Source of the DNA: Kiritimatiellia bacterium
GTDB taxonomy: Bacteria; Verrucomicrobiota; Kiritimatiellia; JAKQHR01
Assembly: GCA_050178035.1 (NCBI GenBank)
Contig: JBFXGK010000004.1
Location: forward strand, 3,009 to 67,008
Direction of reading: 5' to 3'
DNA length: 64,000 bases
In this document: positions 17,034 through 26,770 of the stretch, one piece after another
How the letters are laid out: every line of letters starts with the position of its first letter
Numbering within the stretch: the first letter of the stretch is position 1
Program-made: the position numbers and the translations under genes
Notes under the pieces: model-generated
Told to the model about the DNA's origin: nothing
Databases searched by the model: none
What the model saw: the letters and a program-made list of their open reading frames with translations, nothing else

Positions 17034-18446
17034 ATGAAAAAGTTCTGCATTCTGTTGGTGCTGGGCGCAGTCGCCGCATCTGCGCCCCATCCCGCCATTG
17101 CATCGGAAAAAGCCGTGGACAAAAGGCCGGTATATGTGATCCCAGTTGAGGGCATGATCGAGTCCGCCCTGCTCTATGTAATCCGCCGGGGCGTCGCCGA
17201 AGCCGAGCAGGCCGGGGCCGGCGCACTGATCCTGCGGATGGAAACTCCCGGAGGCACCATTGACGCGGCCGAGGAGATCGTTCGCACGCTGGAGAATCTT
17301 TCGGTTCCCACCTACACCCTCGTCGACAAAAACGCCATTTCAGCCGGGGCCATCATCGCGCTGGCGACCGACCACATCTACATGACTCCAGGGAGCAAGA
17401 TCGGAGACGCCATGCCGATCATGATGACGCCTTTTGGAGGCGTTCAGGAAATGCCGGAAGGCACCGAGGAAAAGATGCTCTCTTATGTCGCGGGCCTGAT
17501 CCGGGCAACCGCCCAGAACAAGGGGCACGATGACAAGCTCGCCGAGGCAATGGTCCGGAGAGAGATCGAATACAAAATCGGCAATGAGGTGATTTCACCC
17601 GAGGGACAGCTTCTCACGCTGACCAATGTGGAAGCTGAAAGAAAATACGGCAAGGATCAAAAGCCGCTGCTGTCTTCCGGCACAGTGGAGTCGCTGGAAG
17701 ATCTCCTGAAGGCCATCGGCATGGACGGCGCGGAAATTCGGGAAATGAGCATCACCTCGGCGGAACGCATAGCGCGTTTCATCGCCGCACTGGGCCCGAT
17801 TTTTCTGATCATCGGACTGCTCGGCATTTATATCGAGGTTAAAACCCCCGGCTTCGGACTGCCGGGAATGACCGGCATCGTCGCGCTGGCCATATTCTTC
17901 TGGGGGCATCATATCGCGGGCCTCGCGGGCATGGAGGACATGCTTATCTTCCTGCTGGGCATCCTGCTGCTCCTGCTGGAGATATTCGTGTTCCCCGGCT
18001 TCGGCGTGGCCGGCATGCTGGGGGTGCTGTGCGTCGGATGGGCTCTGCTGAACGCCATGGTTCAGCACTATCCCGGAACCCCGTGGTATCCGGATCCCGA
18101 TCTGCTCTACAAGCCCTTCCTGAAGCTGACCTTCTCCCTGATCGGCACCGTTCTTCTGGCCATGCTTCTTGGACGCTGGATTTCGCGCCATCCCGCGACC
18201 AGCAAACTGGTGCTCGCCGAGGAAGCCGCCCATGACAAGGGCTTTGTCAGCTCCGCCAACCGGCCCGAGGATCTGGTCGGGCTTCAGGGAAAAGCCCTCA
18301 CCGATCTCAGACCGGGCGGCACCGGAATGTTCGGCGAAAGGAAACTGGATATTGTCAGCCGCGGAAATTATATTGAATCCGGCACGACTGTGCGCATTGT
18401 TGAATCGCACGGAATGCAGGTGATTGTGGAACCTTTGGAGTCCTGA
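17034..18446 (+). CDS. NfeD-type membrane-bound ClpP-class serine protease (long form)
   Basis: Signal peptide. ClpP-like domain (VIPVEGMIE, METPGGTIDAAEEI, AISAGAIIALA). Four or five TM helices. C-terminal OB-fold-like NfeD domain. Confidence 0.8.
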   Translation: MKKFCILLVLGAVAASAPHPAIASEKAVDKRPVYVIPVEGMIESALLYVIRRGVAEAEQAGAGALILRMETPGGTIDAAEEIVRTLENLSVPTYTLVDKNAISAGAIIALATDHIYMTPGSKIGDAMPIMMTPFGGVQEMPEGTEEKMLSYVAGLIRATAQNKGHDDKLAEAMVRREIEYKIGNEVISPEGQLLTLTNVEAERKYGKDQKPLLSSGTVESLEDLLKAIGMDGAEIREMSITSAERIARFIAALGPIFLIIGLLGIYIEVKTPGFGLPGMTGIVALAIFFWGHHIAGLAGMEDMLIFLLGILLLLLEIFVFPGFGVAGMLGVLCVGWALLNAMVQHYPGTPWYPDPDLLYKPFLKLTFSLIGTVLLAMLLGRWISRHPATSKLVLAEEAAHDKGFVSSANRPEDLVGLQGKALTDLRPGGTGMFGERKLDIVSRGNYIESGTTVRIVESHGMQVIVEPLES

Positions 18447-18448
18447 TT

Positions 18449-18925
18449 ATGATGCTATTTCTTACGCTGCTGTTTTGCGGTTTTCTGCTGCTGGCTGTTG
18501 AGATATTTGTCCCGGGCGGCGTGCTGGGCACACTGGGCGGAGCGGCCCTCTTCGGCGCAATGATCGCCGCCTTCGCGGTGTTCGGCGTGGAAACGGGATT
18601 CATGGTCGCACTGGGAATGCTTATTCTAATGGCTGTTGGCCTTCTTCTATGGATAAAGATTTTTCCGAACACCCCGATCGGAAGAGCGCTGACCCTCTCC
18701 AAGGACGGCCAGTCCTTCAAGCTGGATAAAGGTGAAAATGAAACCCTCGTGGGCAAGCAAGGATCCGCACAGTCGGATTTGCGGCCTTCCGGCATCGCGC
18801 TGATAGACGGGAAACGGATGGATGTCGTCGCGGACGGAGAATGGATTTCTTCAGGAGAGGCCGTCAAGGTCATCGCAGCCCGGGGAAACCACATCACTGT
18901 GCGGCGGGCCGGAGAAAAAGGATGA
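18449..18925 (+). CDS. NfeD family protein (short form: TM helices plus OB-fold)
   Basis: N-terminal TM bundle. C-terminal GKQGSAQSDLRPSGIALIDGKRMDVVADGEWISSGEAVKV is typical of the NfeD C-domain. Confidence 0.75.
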   Translation: MMLFLTLLFCGFLLLAVEIFVPGGVLGTLGGAALFGAMIAAFAVFGVETGFMVALGMLILMAVGLLLWIKIFPNTPIGRALTLSKDGQSFKLDKGENETLVGKQGSAQSDLRPSGIALIDGKRMDVVADGEWISSGEAVKVIAARGNHITVRRAGEKG

Positions 18926-20124
18926 GGCTGGCGTGCTTCATCATTCTGGCCGGCCTGCCCGCGGCATTCAGCGCCGGCGCCGGCATTGATTTCCACAGCA
19001 CCAATTCATTCAGCCTTCCAGCGGGAGAAGTTATGGACCGCCAGCTCTGGCTGGCGGCGGTCACAGCGGAAGTGAGCGGCGCGGTCTCGGATGATTTCCA
19101 CGCGCTGGTGCAGACCGCCAAACTGAACGGTGATTTCAGTGGAAGCATCTGGTGCGCCGCCGACCTGATCGAGTTCGGCGGACAGGCTCAGCAGCACGCA
19201 AGGCTGGCGGCGGCACAGGATGTCATTGTGAAGGGCCAGATCACACGCTCCTTCATGGGCGCCTCGGGCGGTTCGATCCATATCGCTCCGGAGAGTTCTG
19301 TAGCGGGCGATGCGGCGATGGCCTCCAAGAGAATTGTCATCGAAGGCCGTATTGGCGGAGGGGCGTGGCTGGTTGGCGATGAAGTAACCGTCGCAGGCGC
19401 CATTCAGGGCCCGCTCCGGATCATAGGCAACGACATTGTGATCATGCCCACAGCCGTGCTGCACGGCGATCTCATCTACAGTTCCGCGAAGGAACTGTTT
19501 CTGGACCCCCGGGTGAAACACGATGGACGCCTCATCCGCAGAGCGTTAACTCAGCCGGATGAACCGTCTTCGAAAGCCTCGCAGGCTTTGCGGCTGCAGT
19601 TGCGGCTGGTGCAGTTCATGGGGGCCTTTCTGGTGGGGTTGATCTGGCTCAGGCTGTCCCCCCTGACCCTCAGCCGGGCCGTGCACCAGTTGTCTGCGGC
19701 CCCCTGGAGGTGCTTCTTCACAGGCATTGCCGCCTGTTTCCTGGTGCTGCCCATGGCGCTTCTCCTGGCCATCAGCATCATTGGCATCCCGCTCGCGCTG
19801 GTAAGCGCGGGAATCTTCGCGGTCCTGCTCTATGTTGCGCGCATCGTGACAGCTATTCTGCTGGGCCGCATCATCCTGCGCATCAGAAAAAGTCCCGCCG
19901 CGGTCTCTCCCCTGCTGATTATGATTGCCGGCCTGCTTTCCCTTTACATCCTGACGCTCATCCCTATGATAAGCGGAGGTATCTGGATCGTGGCGGTATG
20001 CGCGGGATTGGGCGCGCTGGTTCTGAACATCGCGGCGGGATCTGTCATCTATGTGCAGCCCCCTCATGCGAAACCGCCCGAGGAGATTTCCAAACCGGAA
20101 ACCGATGTCGAAAAACAAGAATAA
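18922..20124 (+). CDS. membrane protein with bactofilin-like (beta-helix repeat) exported/N-terminal domain and polytopic C-terminal half
   Basis: ATGA overlap with the upstream NfeD. N-terminus MRLACFIILAGLPAAFSAGAG. Repetitive segments (IVIEGRIGGGAWLVGDEVTVAGAIQGPLRIIGNDIVI). About 5 TM helices in the C-half. Confidence 0.55.
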   Translation: MRLACFIILAGLPAAFSAGAGIDFHSTNSFSLPAGEVMDRQLWLAAVTAEVSGAVSDDFHALVQTAKLNGDFSGSIWCAADLIEFGGQAQQHARLAAAQDVIVKGQITRSFMGASGGSIHIAPESSVAGDAAMASKRIVIEGRIGGGAWLVGDEVTVAGAIQGPLRIIGNDIVIMPTAVLHGDLIYSSAKELFLDPRVKHDGRLIRRALTQPDEPSSKASQALRLQLRLVQFMGAFLVGLIWLRLSPLTLSRAVHQLSAAPWRCFFTGIAACFLVLPMALLLAISIIGIPLALVSAGIFAVLLYVARIVTAILLGRIILRIRKSPAAVSPLLIMIAGLLSLYILTLIPMISGGIWIVAVCAGLGALVLNIAAGSVIYVQPPHAKPPEEISKPETDVEKQE

Positions 20125-20136
20125 AGGAGAACTCAA

Positions 20137-21162
20137 ATGCCTATATTAGCAGCCGTAATGGTAGTCCTTGCCCTGATCATTATTTTCACCTTCATCTATT
20201 TCCTGAAGGTCTGGATTCGCGCCCTGATGTCGGGTGCGCGCGTCAGCATCTTCAATCTCGTCGGCATGAAGCTCCGCGGAGTGAATCCCACGCTTATCGT
20301 GGATGCCCGCATTCGCGCCGTCAAGGCGGGGCTGCCGCTCACCAGCGATCAGCTCGAGGCGCACTTCCTCGCCGGAGGAAACGTTATTCCGGTTGTGCAG
20401 GCGCTCATCGCTGCCGACAAGGCAAACATCGAACTTGCCTTCCAGCGGGCGGCCGCCATTGATCTGGCAGGACGCGATGTTTATGACGCCGTGCGCACAA
20501 GCGTCAATCCGAAGGTCATAGACTGTCCCGATCCCGCGAAGGGCGCCACCATGCTGGATGCTGTTGCCAAAGACGGCATCCGCCTGCTGGTCAAGGCCCG
20601 TGTGACGGTGCGCGCGAATCTCGACCGGCTCGTCGGCGGCGCCACCGAAGACACCATCATTGCGCGCGTCGGCCAGGGCATCGTCAGCGCGATCGGGTCT
20701 TCCGCCAGCTACAAGGATGTGCTGGAGAATCCTGACAACATCAGCCGCAAGGTGCTGAACAGCGGACTGGATGCCCAAACCGCCTTTGAAATCGTCTCGA
20801 TTGACATCGCTGACGTGAGCGTGGCCGGCGTGAGCGGCGCGCGCGAGGTCGCCAACGTGGGCGCCCTGCTCGAGACCGAGCGCGCCGAGGCCGACAAAAA
20901 GCTGCGCCAGGCCGAAGCCGAAGGCCGCCGGGCCATGGCCATTGCCTCCGAGCAGGAACAGCGCGCGCGCGTCCAGGAAATGCAGGCCAAGGTCATTGAG
21001 GCACAGGCCCAGGTTCCGCTGGCCATCGCCAAGGCCTTTGAGAAAGGCAATCTCGGTGTGATGGATTTCTACCGCATGCAGAACGTGCTGGCCGACACCT
21101 CCATGAGGGAGAGTCTCGGACAGGGCGGCGAGGCAGGCGGCAATCAGCCGAAACATCAGTAA
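20137..21162 (+). CDS. floA: flotillin-like protein FloA (UPF0365/YqfA family)
   Basis: N-terminal hairpin [50 protein letters not shown]-terminal Ala/Glu-rich coiled coil. NfeD neighbours. Confidence 0.85.
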   Translation: MPILAAVMVVLALIIIFTFIYFLKVWIRALMSGARVSIFNLVGMKLRGVNPTLIVDARIRAVKAGLPLTSDQLEAHFLAGGNVIPVVQALIAADKANIELAFQRAAAIDLAGRDVYDAVRTSVNPKVIDCPDPAKGATMLDAVAKDGIRLLVKARVTVRANLDRLVGGATEDTIIARVGQGIVSAIGSSASYKDVLENPDNISRKVLNSGLDAQTAFEIVSIDIADVSVAGVSGAREVANVGALLETERAEADKKLRQAEAEGRRAMAIASEQEQRARVQEMQAKVIEAQAQVPLAIAKAFEKGNLGVMDFYRMQNVLADTSMRESLGQGGEAGGNQPKHQ

Positions 21163-21170
21163 AGCGTGAA

Positions 21171-21205
21171 CTCTCCCGGCGGAGGGTGTTCCCTCCGCCG
21201 GGAGA
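21171..21205 (+). terminator. perfect 15-bp GC-rich hairpin downstream of floA (no U-tract)
   Basis: TCTCCCGGCGGAGGG-TGTT-CCCTCCGCCGGGAGA, 9 nt after the floA stop. Confidence 0.4.
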
Positions 21206-21217
21206 CAAGGACTGCGA

Positions 21218-21781
21218 ATGATGAATCAGTTTTTGAGAGCCGGCGGCGAAGGTGAAGGGATTTTCTGGATGATTTTCATCATCATCTGGATCATCGGCAA
21301 GATTTCATCGGCGAACCGGAAGACGCAGAGGAAATCGAACGCTTCCCGTCGGCCTCCGGCCCGGCCGGCGACGCTAAAACCAAAACTTGCCCCGGATGAA
21401 CTGCAGGCTTTCCTTGACAGCCTCACTGGCGGGCGCGTGCAGCCGAAAACGGTGCCCGCTGCGCCCATGCATCGCCAGATTGTCAAAAGGCATAAACCGG
21501 CGGCATCGGAAACCGCGACCGAAATCCGTGAACCAGCGCCTTCCGCTCAGTCTGCGGCAGCGGTGCAGATCACCCGGCAAATGTCCCTGCTGAATACTTC
21601 CGTGCGGGATCTGATCACGGATATTCCGAGCGCGCGGATGCCGAATCTGAACATTGGATATTTCACACCGCAAGCCGGAACGCCGCCGATTGACAAACCC
21701 GATCTGCGGGATCGTGCTCAATTGAGGAAGGCCATGCTGGGCCATCTCATTCTCAGCCGGCCGCCATCAGCGGGATGGTAA
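21218..21781 (+). CDS. hypothetical single-TM protein with disordered Pro/Ala/Arg-rich tail
   Basis: TM IFWMIFIIIWIIG and no recognisable domain. Coding call rests on ORF length and the absence of a better competitor. Confidence 0.45.
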   Translation: MMNQFLRAGGEGEGIFWMIFIIIWIIGKISSANRKTQRKSNASRRPPARPATLKPKLAPDELQAFLDSLTGGRVQPKTVPAAPMHRQIVKRHKPAASETATEIREPAPSAQSAAAVQITRQMSLLNTSVRDLITDIPSARMPNLNIGYFTPQAGTPPIDKPDLRDRAQLRKAMLGHLILSRPPSAGW

Positions 21782-21793
21782 AACACAGCGCGC

Positions 21794-22642
21794 TTACGGC
21801 TTTCGTTCGTTGATTCTAGCCAGCAGAGGCTCCAAAAGGCTGTCCGGGACATTCAACGAGCCAAATCCGTAGCCGATGCGAAGCATGGGCGTTAGCGCCC
21901 CGTGGAAATCCGTGCCGCCGGTAACCAGCAGGCCATACTCTTCCGCCATGCTCAAATAAAGAGCCTGCATGTCCGGCTTGTGTTCCGCGTAAAAAGCCTC
22001 GATGCCCTCGAGGCCGGCGCGGCTCAATTCCAGCAGGAGTGCCCGCAGTCCGGTGCTGGTCAGGTTCAGCGTGAACGGATGCGCCAGCACGGCAACGCCG
22101 CCCGACTTGCGGATGATGCGGATGCCGGCCTCGGGATCCAGCCTGCGGCGGTCGGCATAAGCGGGTTTGCCATGGCCCAGCCAGTTGTCAAAGGCCTCGG
22201 TCTTGTCCTTCACATAGCCTTTGTCTATCATCGTCTGGCAGAAATGCGGACGGCCCACAACATCTTCACCTGCGCGCGCGACGACTTCTTCCCAGGTCAT
22301 GACAAATCCCAGACGGTTGAGCTTTTCCAGAATTTCCATGTTGCGCGCTTCGCGCCCCGCACGGATCCAGTCGAGGCTTTCCTGCAGTTCCTTGTTGGCA
22401 ATATCCATGCCGTAACCGAGGATGTGCATGCCGCGGCCTTTGTAATCGGTGCTGATCTCAACCCCGGGGATCACCCGCAGATTATTCAGGCGGCCGGCCT
22501 CCAGGAAACGGGGAACTCCGGCCATGGTGTCATGATCCGTCAGCGAAATGGCCGTAACCCCGGCCTCAACGGCCTTGGCCACCAGCTCCTCGGGCGGGAA
22601 ACTGCCGTCCGAGAATGTCGAATGCATATGAAGATCTAACAT
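21794..22642 (-). CDS. PHP-domain phosphoesterase (TrpH/YciV-like)
   Basis: MLDLHMHSTFSDGS N-terminus, ISLTDHDT, LAHP motifs. Confidence 0.85.
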   Translation of the reverse strand: MLDLHMHSTFSDGSFPPEELVAKAVEAGVTAISLTDHDTMAGVPRFLEAGRLNNLRVIPGVEISTDYKGRGMHILGYGMDIANKELQESLDWIRAGREARNMEILEKLNRLGFVMTWEEVVARAGEDVVGRPHFCQTMIDKGYVKDKTEAFDNWLGHGKPAYADRRRLDPEAGIRIIRKSGGVAVLAHPFTLNLTSTGLRALLLELSRAGLEGIEAFYAEHKPDMQALYLSMAEEYGLLVTGGTDFHGALTPMLRIGYGFGSLNVPDSLLEPLLARINERKP

Positions 22643-22799
22643 TTATGCCTCTCCGGAAAATTTGATTTGTCGCAGGATAACCTCTCAAAGGGACGGGCGC
22701 CAGTCATTTCCTGTGCATATCGTTCATTCTGTTTTAATGTCATTGAACGGGCCTGCGTTTTTCTGTAGAGTGCATCCCAAAAAATACTTGGAGATTATC

Positions 22800-24779
22800 A
22801 TGAACACACAACTTGCAGCAGACACCATTCGCGGGCTGGCCATGGACATTGTACAAAAGGCCAACTCGGGGCATCCCGGGGCGCCCATGGGCATGGCCGA
22901 CATCGCCAGCGTCCTTTTCCTCAAGCACCTCAAATACAATCCCGAGGATCCGCGCTGGCCGGATCGCGACCGGTTCGTGCTGTCCAACGGGCATGCATCC
23001 GCCCTGCTCTACAGCCTGCTGCACCTGGCCGGATATGCCGTCAGCATGGATGACCTGAAGTCCTTTCGGCAGTGGGACAGCATCACCCCCGGCCATCCCG
23101 AAAACGATCTCACCCCCGGCGTTGAAACCACCACCGGGCCGCTCGGACAAGGCGGCGGCAACGGCACCGGCATGGCCCTGGCCGAAGCCATGCTGGCCGC
23201 AAGGTTCGGGAAAGAAATCGTGAACCACTTCACCTATGTCTTTGCAGGCGACGGCTGCATGATGGAAGGGCTCACGCACGAGGTCTTCTCAATGGCCGGA
23301 CACCTCAAGCTGAACAAGCTGATCGTTGTTTATGACGACAACCGCATCACCATCGAAGGCGAAACCAGCCTGGCCTACAGTGACGATGTCAGGAAGCGCT
23401 TCGAAGGATATCACTGGAACGTGCTGAGCATTGACGGCCACAGCCACAAGGAAATTGACGAGGCGTTTGCCGCGGCGCGAAAAGAAACAGAACGGCCGAC
23501 CATCATCATCGCGCGCACTCATATTGCAAAAGGCAGTCCGAACAAGCAGGACACCAGCCACAGCCACGGTTCACCGCTGGGCGATCCCGAAATCGCCGCA
23601 ACCAAGAAAGTACTGGGCCTGCCTGAGGACAAAACATTTTTCATACCCAAGGAAGTCTACGCCATGTTTGCGGCCCGCAAGCAGGAACTGTCATCCGATT
23701 ATATTCAGTGGCATAAGCGCTGCGCTGAATTCCGGAAGGCCAAGTCCGCGCTGGCGGAGCAATGGGATCTCGCGCAGGAATGCCGGATTCCCGTAGACAT
23801 TGAGAAGGTGCTGCCCAAATTCTCACCGGACAAAGCCATGGCTTCGCGACAGGCTTCAGGCACAACGCTGCAGGAACTGGCCAAAGCCATCCCGTTCCTG
23901 GTCGGCGGATCGGCCGACCTTGCGCCCAGCACAAATACAGACCTGAAAGGCCTCGGATCTGTTCAGGCAGGCAATATGTCGGGACGCAATCTTCATTTCG
24001 GCGTCCGAGAACACGGAATGGCGTCTGTCATGAACGGCATGGCGCTTCACGGCGGATTCGTTGTCTATGGCGCGACTTTCCTGGTGTTCTCCGATTACTG
24101 CCGCCCCGCGGTGCGTCTGAGCGCACTAATGCACCTCCCGGTCATCTATGTCTTCACGCACGACAGCATCTTCCTTGGAGAAGACGGCCCCACTCATCAG
24201 GCGGTTGAACATCTGGCCGCGCTGCGGGCCATTCCCGGCCTGACCGTCATCCGCCCGGGCGATGCAGCGGAGACCGCCTCCGCATGGGCGGCCGCGCTGC
24301 TAAACCGGCATGGTCCGACCGCTCTTATTCTTTCACGTCAGAGCATCCCGACGCTGGACCGTTCCGTCTGCGCCCCATCCTCCGGGTTGAAACAGGGCGC
24401 CTACACGTTATGGCAGAACCGCGAGGGAACACCAGAGGTGATTATCCTGGCTTCCGGATCGGAAGTGGGCGTCGCGCTCAAGGCTGCCCAATCCATGGAG
24501 AAAGACAAGGCCACAGTCCGTGTGGTCAGCTTCCCCTCATGGGAGCTTTTTGATGCGCAGCCCGCCTCCGTGAAGGAGGACGTTCTGCCGGCAGCCTGCA
24601 AGAAACGCGTGGTGGTTGAGGCCGGAGTCTCTCTCGGATGGCAAAAGTATGCGGGATTCGGTTCGGAAATGATCTGCCTTGACCGTTTCGGGGCTTCGGC
24701 GCCCGCGGAAATACTGGCGGTGAAATTCGGCTTCACCCCGGAGAATATCGCGAAAGCGGCCCGCAAGCTGCTGGGCTGA
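22800..24779 (+). CDS. tkt: transketolase
   Basis: ANSGHPGAPMGMADIA TPP motif, GDGCMMEG. About 660 aa from ATG 22800. The track start at 22662 is an upstream extension. Confidence 0.92.
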   Translation: MNTQLAADTIRGLAMDIVQKANSGHPGAPMGMADIASVLFLKHLKYNPEDPRWPDRDRFVLSNGHASALLYSLLHLAGYAVSMDDLKSFRQWDSITPGHPENDLTPGVETTTGPLGQGGGNGTGMALAEAMLAARFGKEIVNHFTYVFAGDGCMMEGLTHEVFSMAGHLKLNKLIVVYDDNRITIEGETSLAYSDDVRKRFEGYHWNVLSIDGHSHKEIDEAFAAARKETERPTIIIARTHIAKGSPNKQDTSHSHGSPLGDPEIAATKKVLGLPEDKTFFIPKEVYAMFAARKQELSSDYIQWHKRCAEFRKAKSALAEQWDLAQECRIPVDIEKVLPKFSPDKAMASRQASGTTLQELAKAIPFLVGGSADLAPSTNTDLKGLGSVQAGNMSGRNLHFGVREHGMASVMNGMALHGGFVVYGATFLVFSDYCRPAVRLSALMHLPVIYVFTHDSIFLGEDGPTHQAVEHLAALRAIPGLTVIRPGDAAETASAWAAALLNRHGPTALILSRQSIPTLDRSVCAPSSGLKQGAYTLWQNREGTPEVIILASGSEVGVALKAAQSMEKDKATVRVVSFPSWELFDAQPASVKEDVLPAACKKRVVVEAGVSLGWQKYAGFGSEMICLDRFGASAPAEILAVKFGFTPENIAKAARKLLG

Positions 24780-24782
24780 GCA

Positions 24783-25625
24783 GTGACAACAAGGTTTGTC
24801 CAGTTCGCAGCGGTTTGCCTGCTTTTCGGATGCGGGGCCAATCCACCGACGGCTCTGTCCACGCCCGCCGCCCCTGAATACAAAGCGGTGATCGTCAACA
24901 CATTCCCGCACGATGCGCGCGCTTTCACGCAGGGGCTGATTTACCATGACGGCGCACTTTACGAAAGCACAGGCATCTACGGTAAGTCATCACTCCGCAA
25001 GGCCGTGCCGGAAACCGGTGAAATCGTTAAAAAAATCCTGCTCCCGCGGAGCGTGTTTGCCGAAGGACTTGCACTGGTCAGCAACCGGCTGATCCAAATC
25101 ACATGGCATTCGGAGTTGGGATATGTCTATGACGCCGGAACGTTTGACCTGCTGAAGACATTCTCCTACAAGGGTGAAGGCTGGGGAATCTGTTATGACG
25201 GGAGCCGGCTGATCATGAGCGACGGGTCAGCCAGCCTCCGTTTTTTTGATCCGGTGACATTCGAACAGCAAGGCGTGCTTGAAGTCACGGACGGCGGCAA
25301 ACCCGTCATTCATCTCAATGAACTGGAATATGTCGAAGGCCTGATTTATGCGAACGTGTGGCAGTCCTTCCGCATTGCCTGCATCCATCCGGAGACCGGC
25401 GCGGTGGTCCGGTGGATCAACTGCGAAAGTCTGCGTCCGCGTTCCCCGATGATGACGGAAGATGTGCTGAACGGGATCGCATGGGATGCGGAGAGGAAAA
25501 GGCTCTTCGTGACCGGCAAACTCTGGAATATCCTCTATGAAATCACATCAGAGAACTGTTCAGGGACAGAATCGGCGTCAGCACCGCCAGCGCCAGCAGA
25601 AGAACCAGTGCCCCCACAAAAATAA
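24783..25625 (+). CDS. glutaminyl-peptide cyclotransferase (bacterial/plant beta-propeller type), lipoprotein-like N-terminus
   Basis: FTQGLIYHDGALYESTGIYGKSSLR, NELEYVEGLIYANVW, LNGIAWD. GTG start with LFGCGAN lipobox-like motif. Confidence 0.8.
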   Translation: MTTRFVQFAAVCLLFGCGANPPTALSTPAAPEYKAVIVNTFPHDARAFTQGLIYHDGALYESTGIYGKSSLRKAVPETGEIVKKILLPRSVFAEGLALVSNRLIQITWHSELGYVYDAGTFDLLKTFSYKGEGWGICYDGSRLIMSDGSASLRFFDPVTFEQQGVLEVTDGGKPVIHLNELEYVEGLIYANVWQSFRIACIHPETGAVVRWINCESLRPRSPMMTEDVLNGIAWDAERKRLFVTGKLWNILYEITSENCSGTESASAPPAPAEEPVPPQK

Positions 25626-26757
25626 TCAGGACGGGTTCCAGAACCTCCAGCGAACGCCCGATCATGCGCTGCCAGCGCATCTGATAACGCATGCCTGCCT
25701 TTGCAAGCAGATCCGGCAAGGCGCCGCTGGCCTCGCCCGCCTGAATCCAGCCAGGCAAAACATCGTCGAGGGGCTCAATCCTGCGAACGGCGTCAGAAAG
25801 ACTGCTCCCGTGGCGTGACAGCGATTCCGCTTCTATGCCCGTTCTGTCAGCCACCCACGGGCTGCCGGTGGCCTGGCCCGCAAGAGGAAACGCTTCAACC
25901 ATCGGGACGCCGCCCTCCAGCAGAAGGGACAGCGTTTGCGCGAAACGGAAGTTCACCAGAGCCGCATAACCCCGCCCCCAAAGAGGGATTCTGTATTTAA
26001 TTCGGTCCGCGCGGATACGATATTGCAAGTCCTTCGATTTCAATGCAAAGAATGCGGCAAGCGCCACAATCGCAACGATCAACGCGGTCAGGACATACTT
26101 CAACACCCGGCCGGCAGCAAGAATCCATACGGTGATTGCCGGAAGCTTGATCTGCGACTCCTCAAACAGCACAGCGAACCGCGGGATCATAACGCCGAAC
26201 ATCAGCATGGCAATGAGAAGCGCCATGCCGAGAATTATGGAGGGATAGATCAGAGCCGTCTGCACGCGCTCCTGCACGGCGTTTTGATCCTCAAGAAAGG
26301 ATGCAAGACGCTCCAGAACCGCATCAAGGTTCCCTGCCCGCTCTCCGGCGCGAACGGCCGCCAGTTCCATGGCATGGGTCCCGCCCCCGGTTTCGGACAG
26401 AGCCTGAGCCATGGACGCACCCTCCTGCACGCGGTCGCGCAAGCCGGCAAGAAGCAGCTTTGTTCCGGGCGACTCCCCCGTGGCTTCAATCAGCAGTTGA
26501 AGCGACTGGGTCAGGGTGAGCCCGGCCTTCATCATGGAAGATAGTTCGCGATAAACTGAAGATCTGGTCTCGGCATTGAAACCCCGTTCCAAGCGAAAAA
26601 AGATTCTGCGGCGGCGAACCGCTGCCGGAGAGATAGTCTCCACCAGAATACCGCCTGACGCCAGCCGCTCGCGGGCGTCCTTCAATCCGGAGGCCTCAAT
26701 CAGACCCCTTGCGGCATGTCCTGAAGCCTGAAACCCCTTGTATTCATAGGTTTTCAT
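25543..26757 (-). CDS. gspF: type II secretion system inner-membrane platform protein GspF (PilC-type alternative not excluded)
   Basis: Two T2SSF repeats, 3 TM helices, 404 aa. Follows gspE. Confidence 0.85.
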   Translation of the reverse strand: MKTYEYKGFQASGHAARGLIEASGLKDARERLASGGILVETISPAAVRRRRIFFRLERGFNAETRSSVYRELSSMMKAGLTLTQSLQLLIEATGESPGTKLLLAGLRDRVQEGASMAQALSETGGGTHAMELAAVRAGERAGNLDAVLERLASFLEDQNAVQERVQTALIYPSIILGMALLIAMLMFGVMIPRFAVLFEESQIKLPAITVWILAAGRVLKYVLTALIVAIVALAAFFALKSKDLQYRIRADRIKYRIPLWGRGYAALVNFRFAQTLSLLLEGGVPMVEAFPLAGQATGSPWVADRTGIEAESLSRHGSSLSDAVRRIEPLDDVLPGWIQAGEASGALPDLLAKAGMRYQMRWQRMIGRSLEVLEPVLIIFVGALVLLLALAVLTPILSLNSSLM

Positions 26758-26770
26758 GGCGTCGTCAAGG

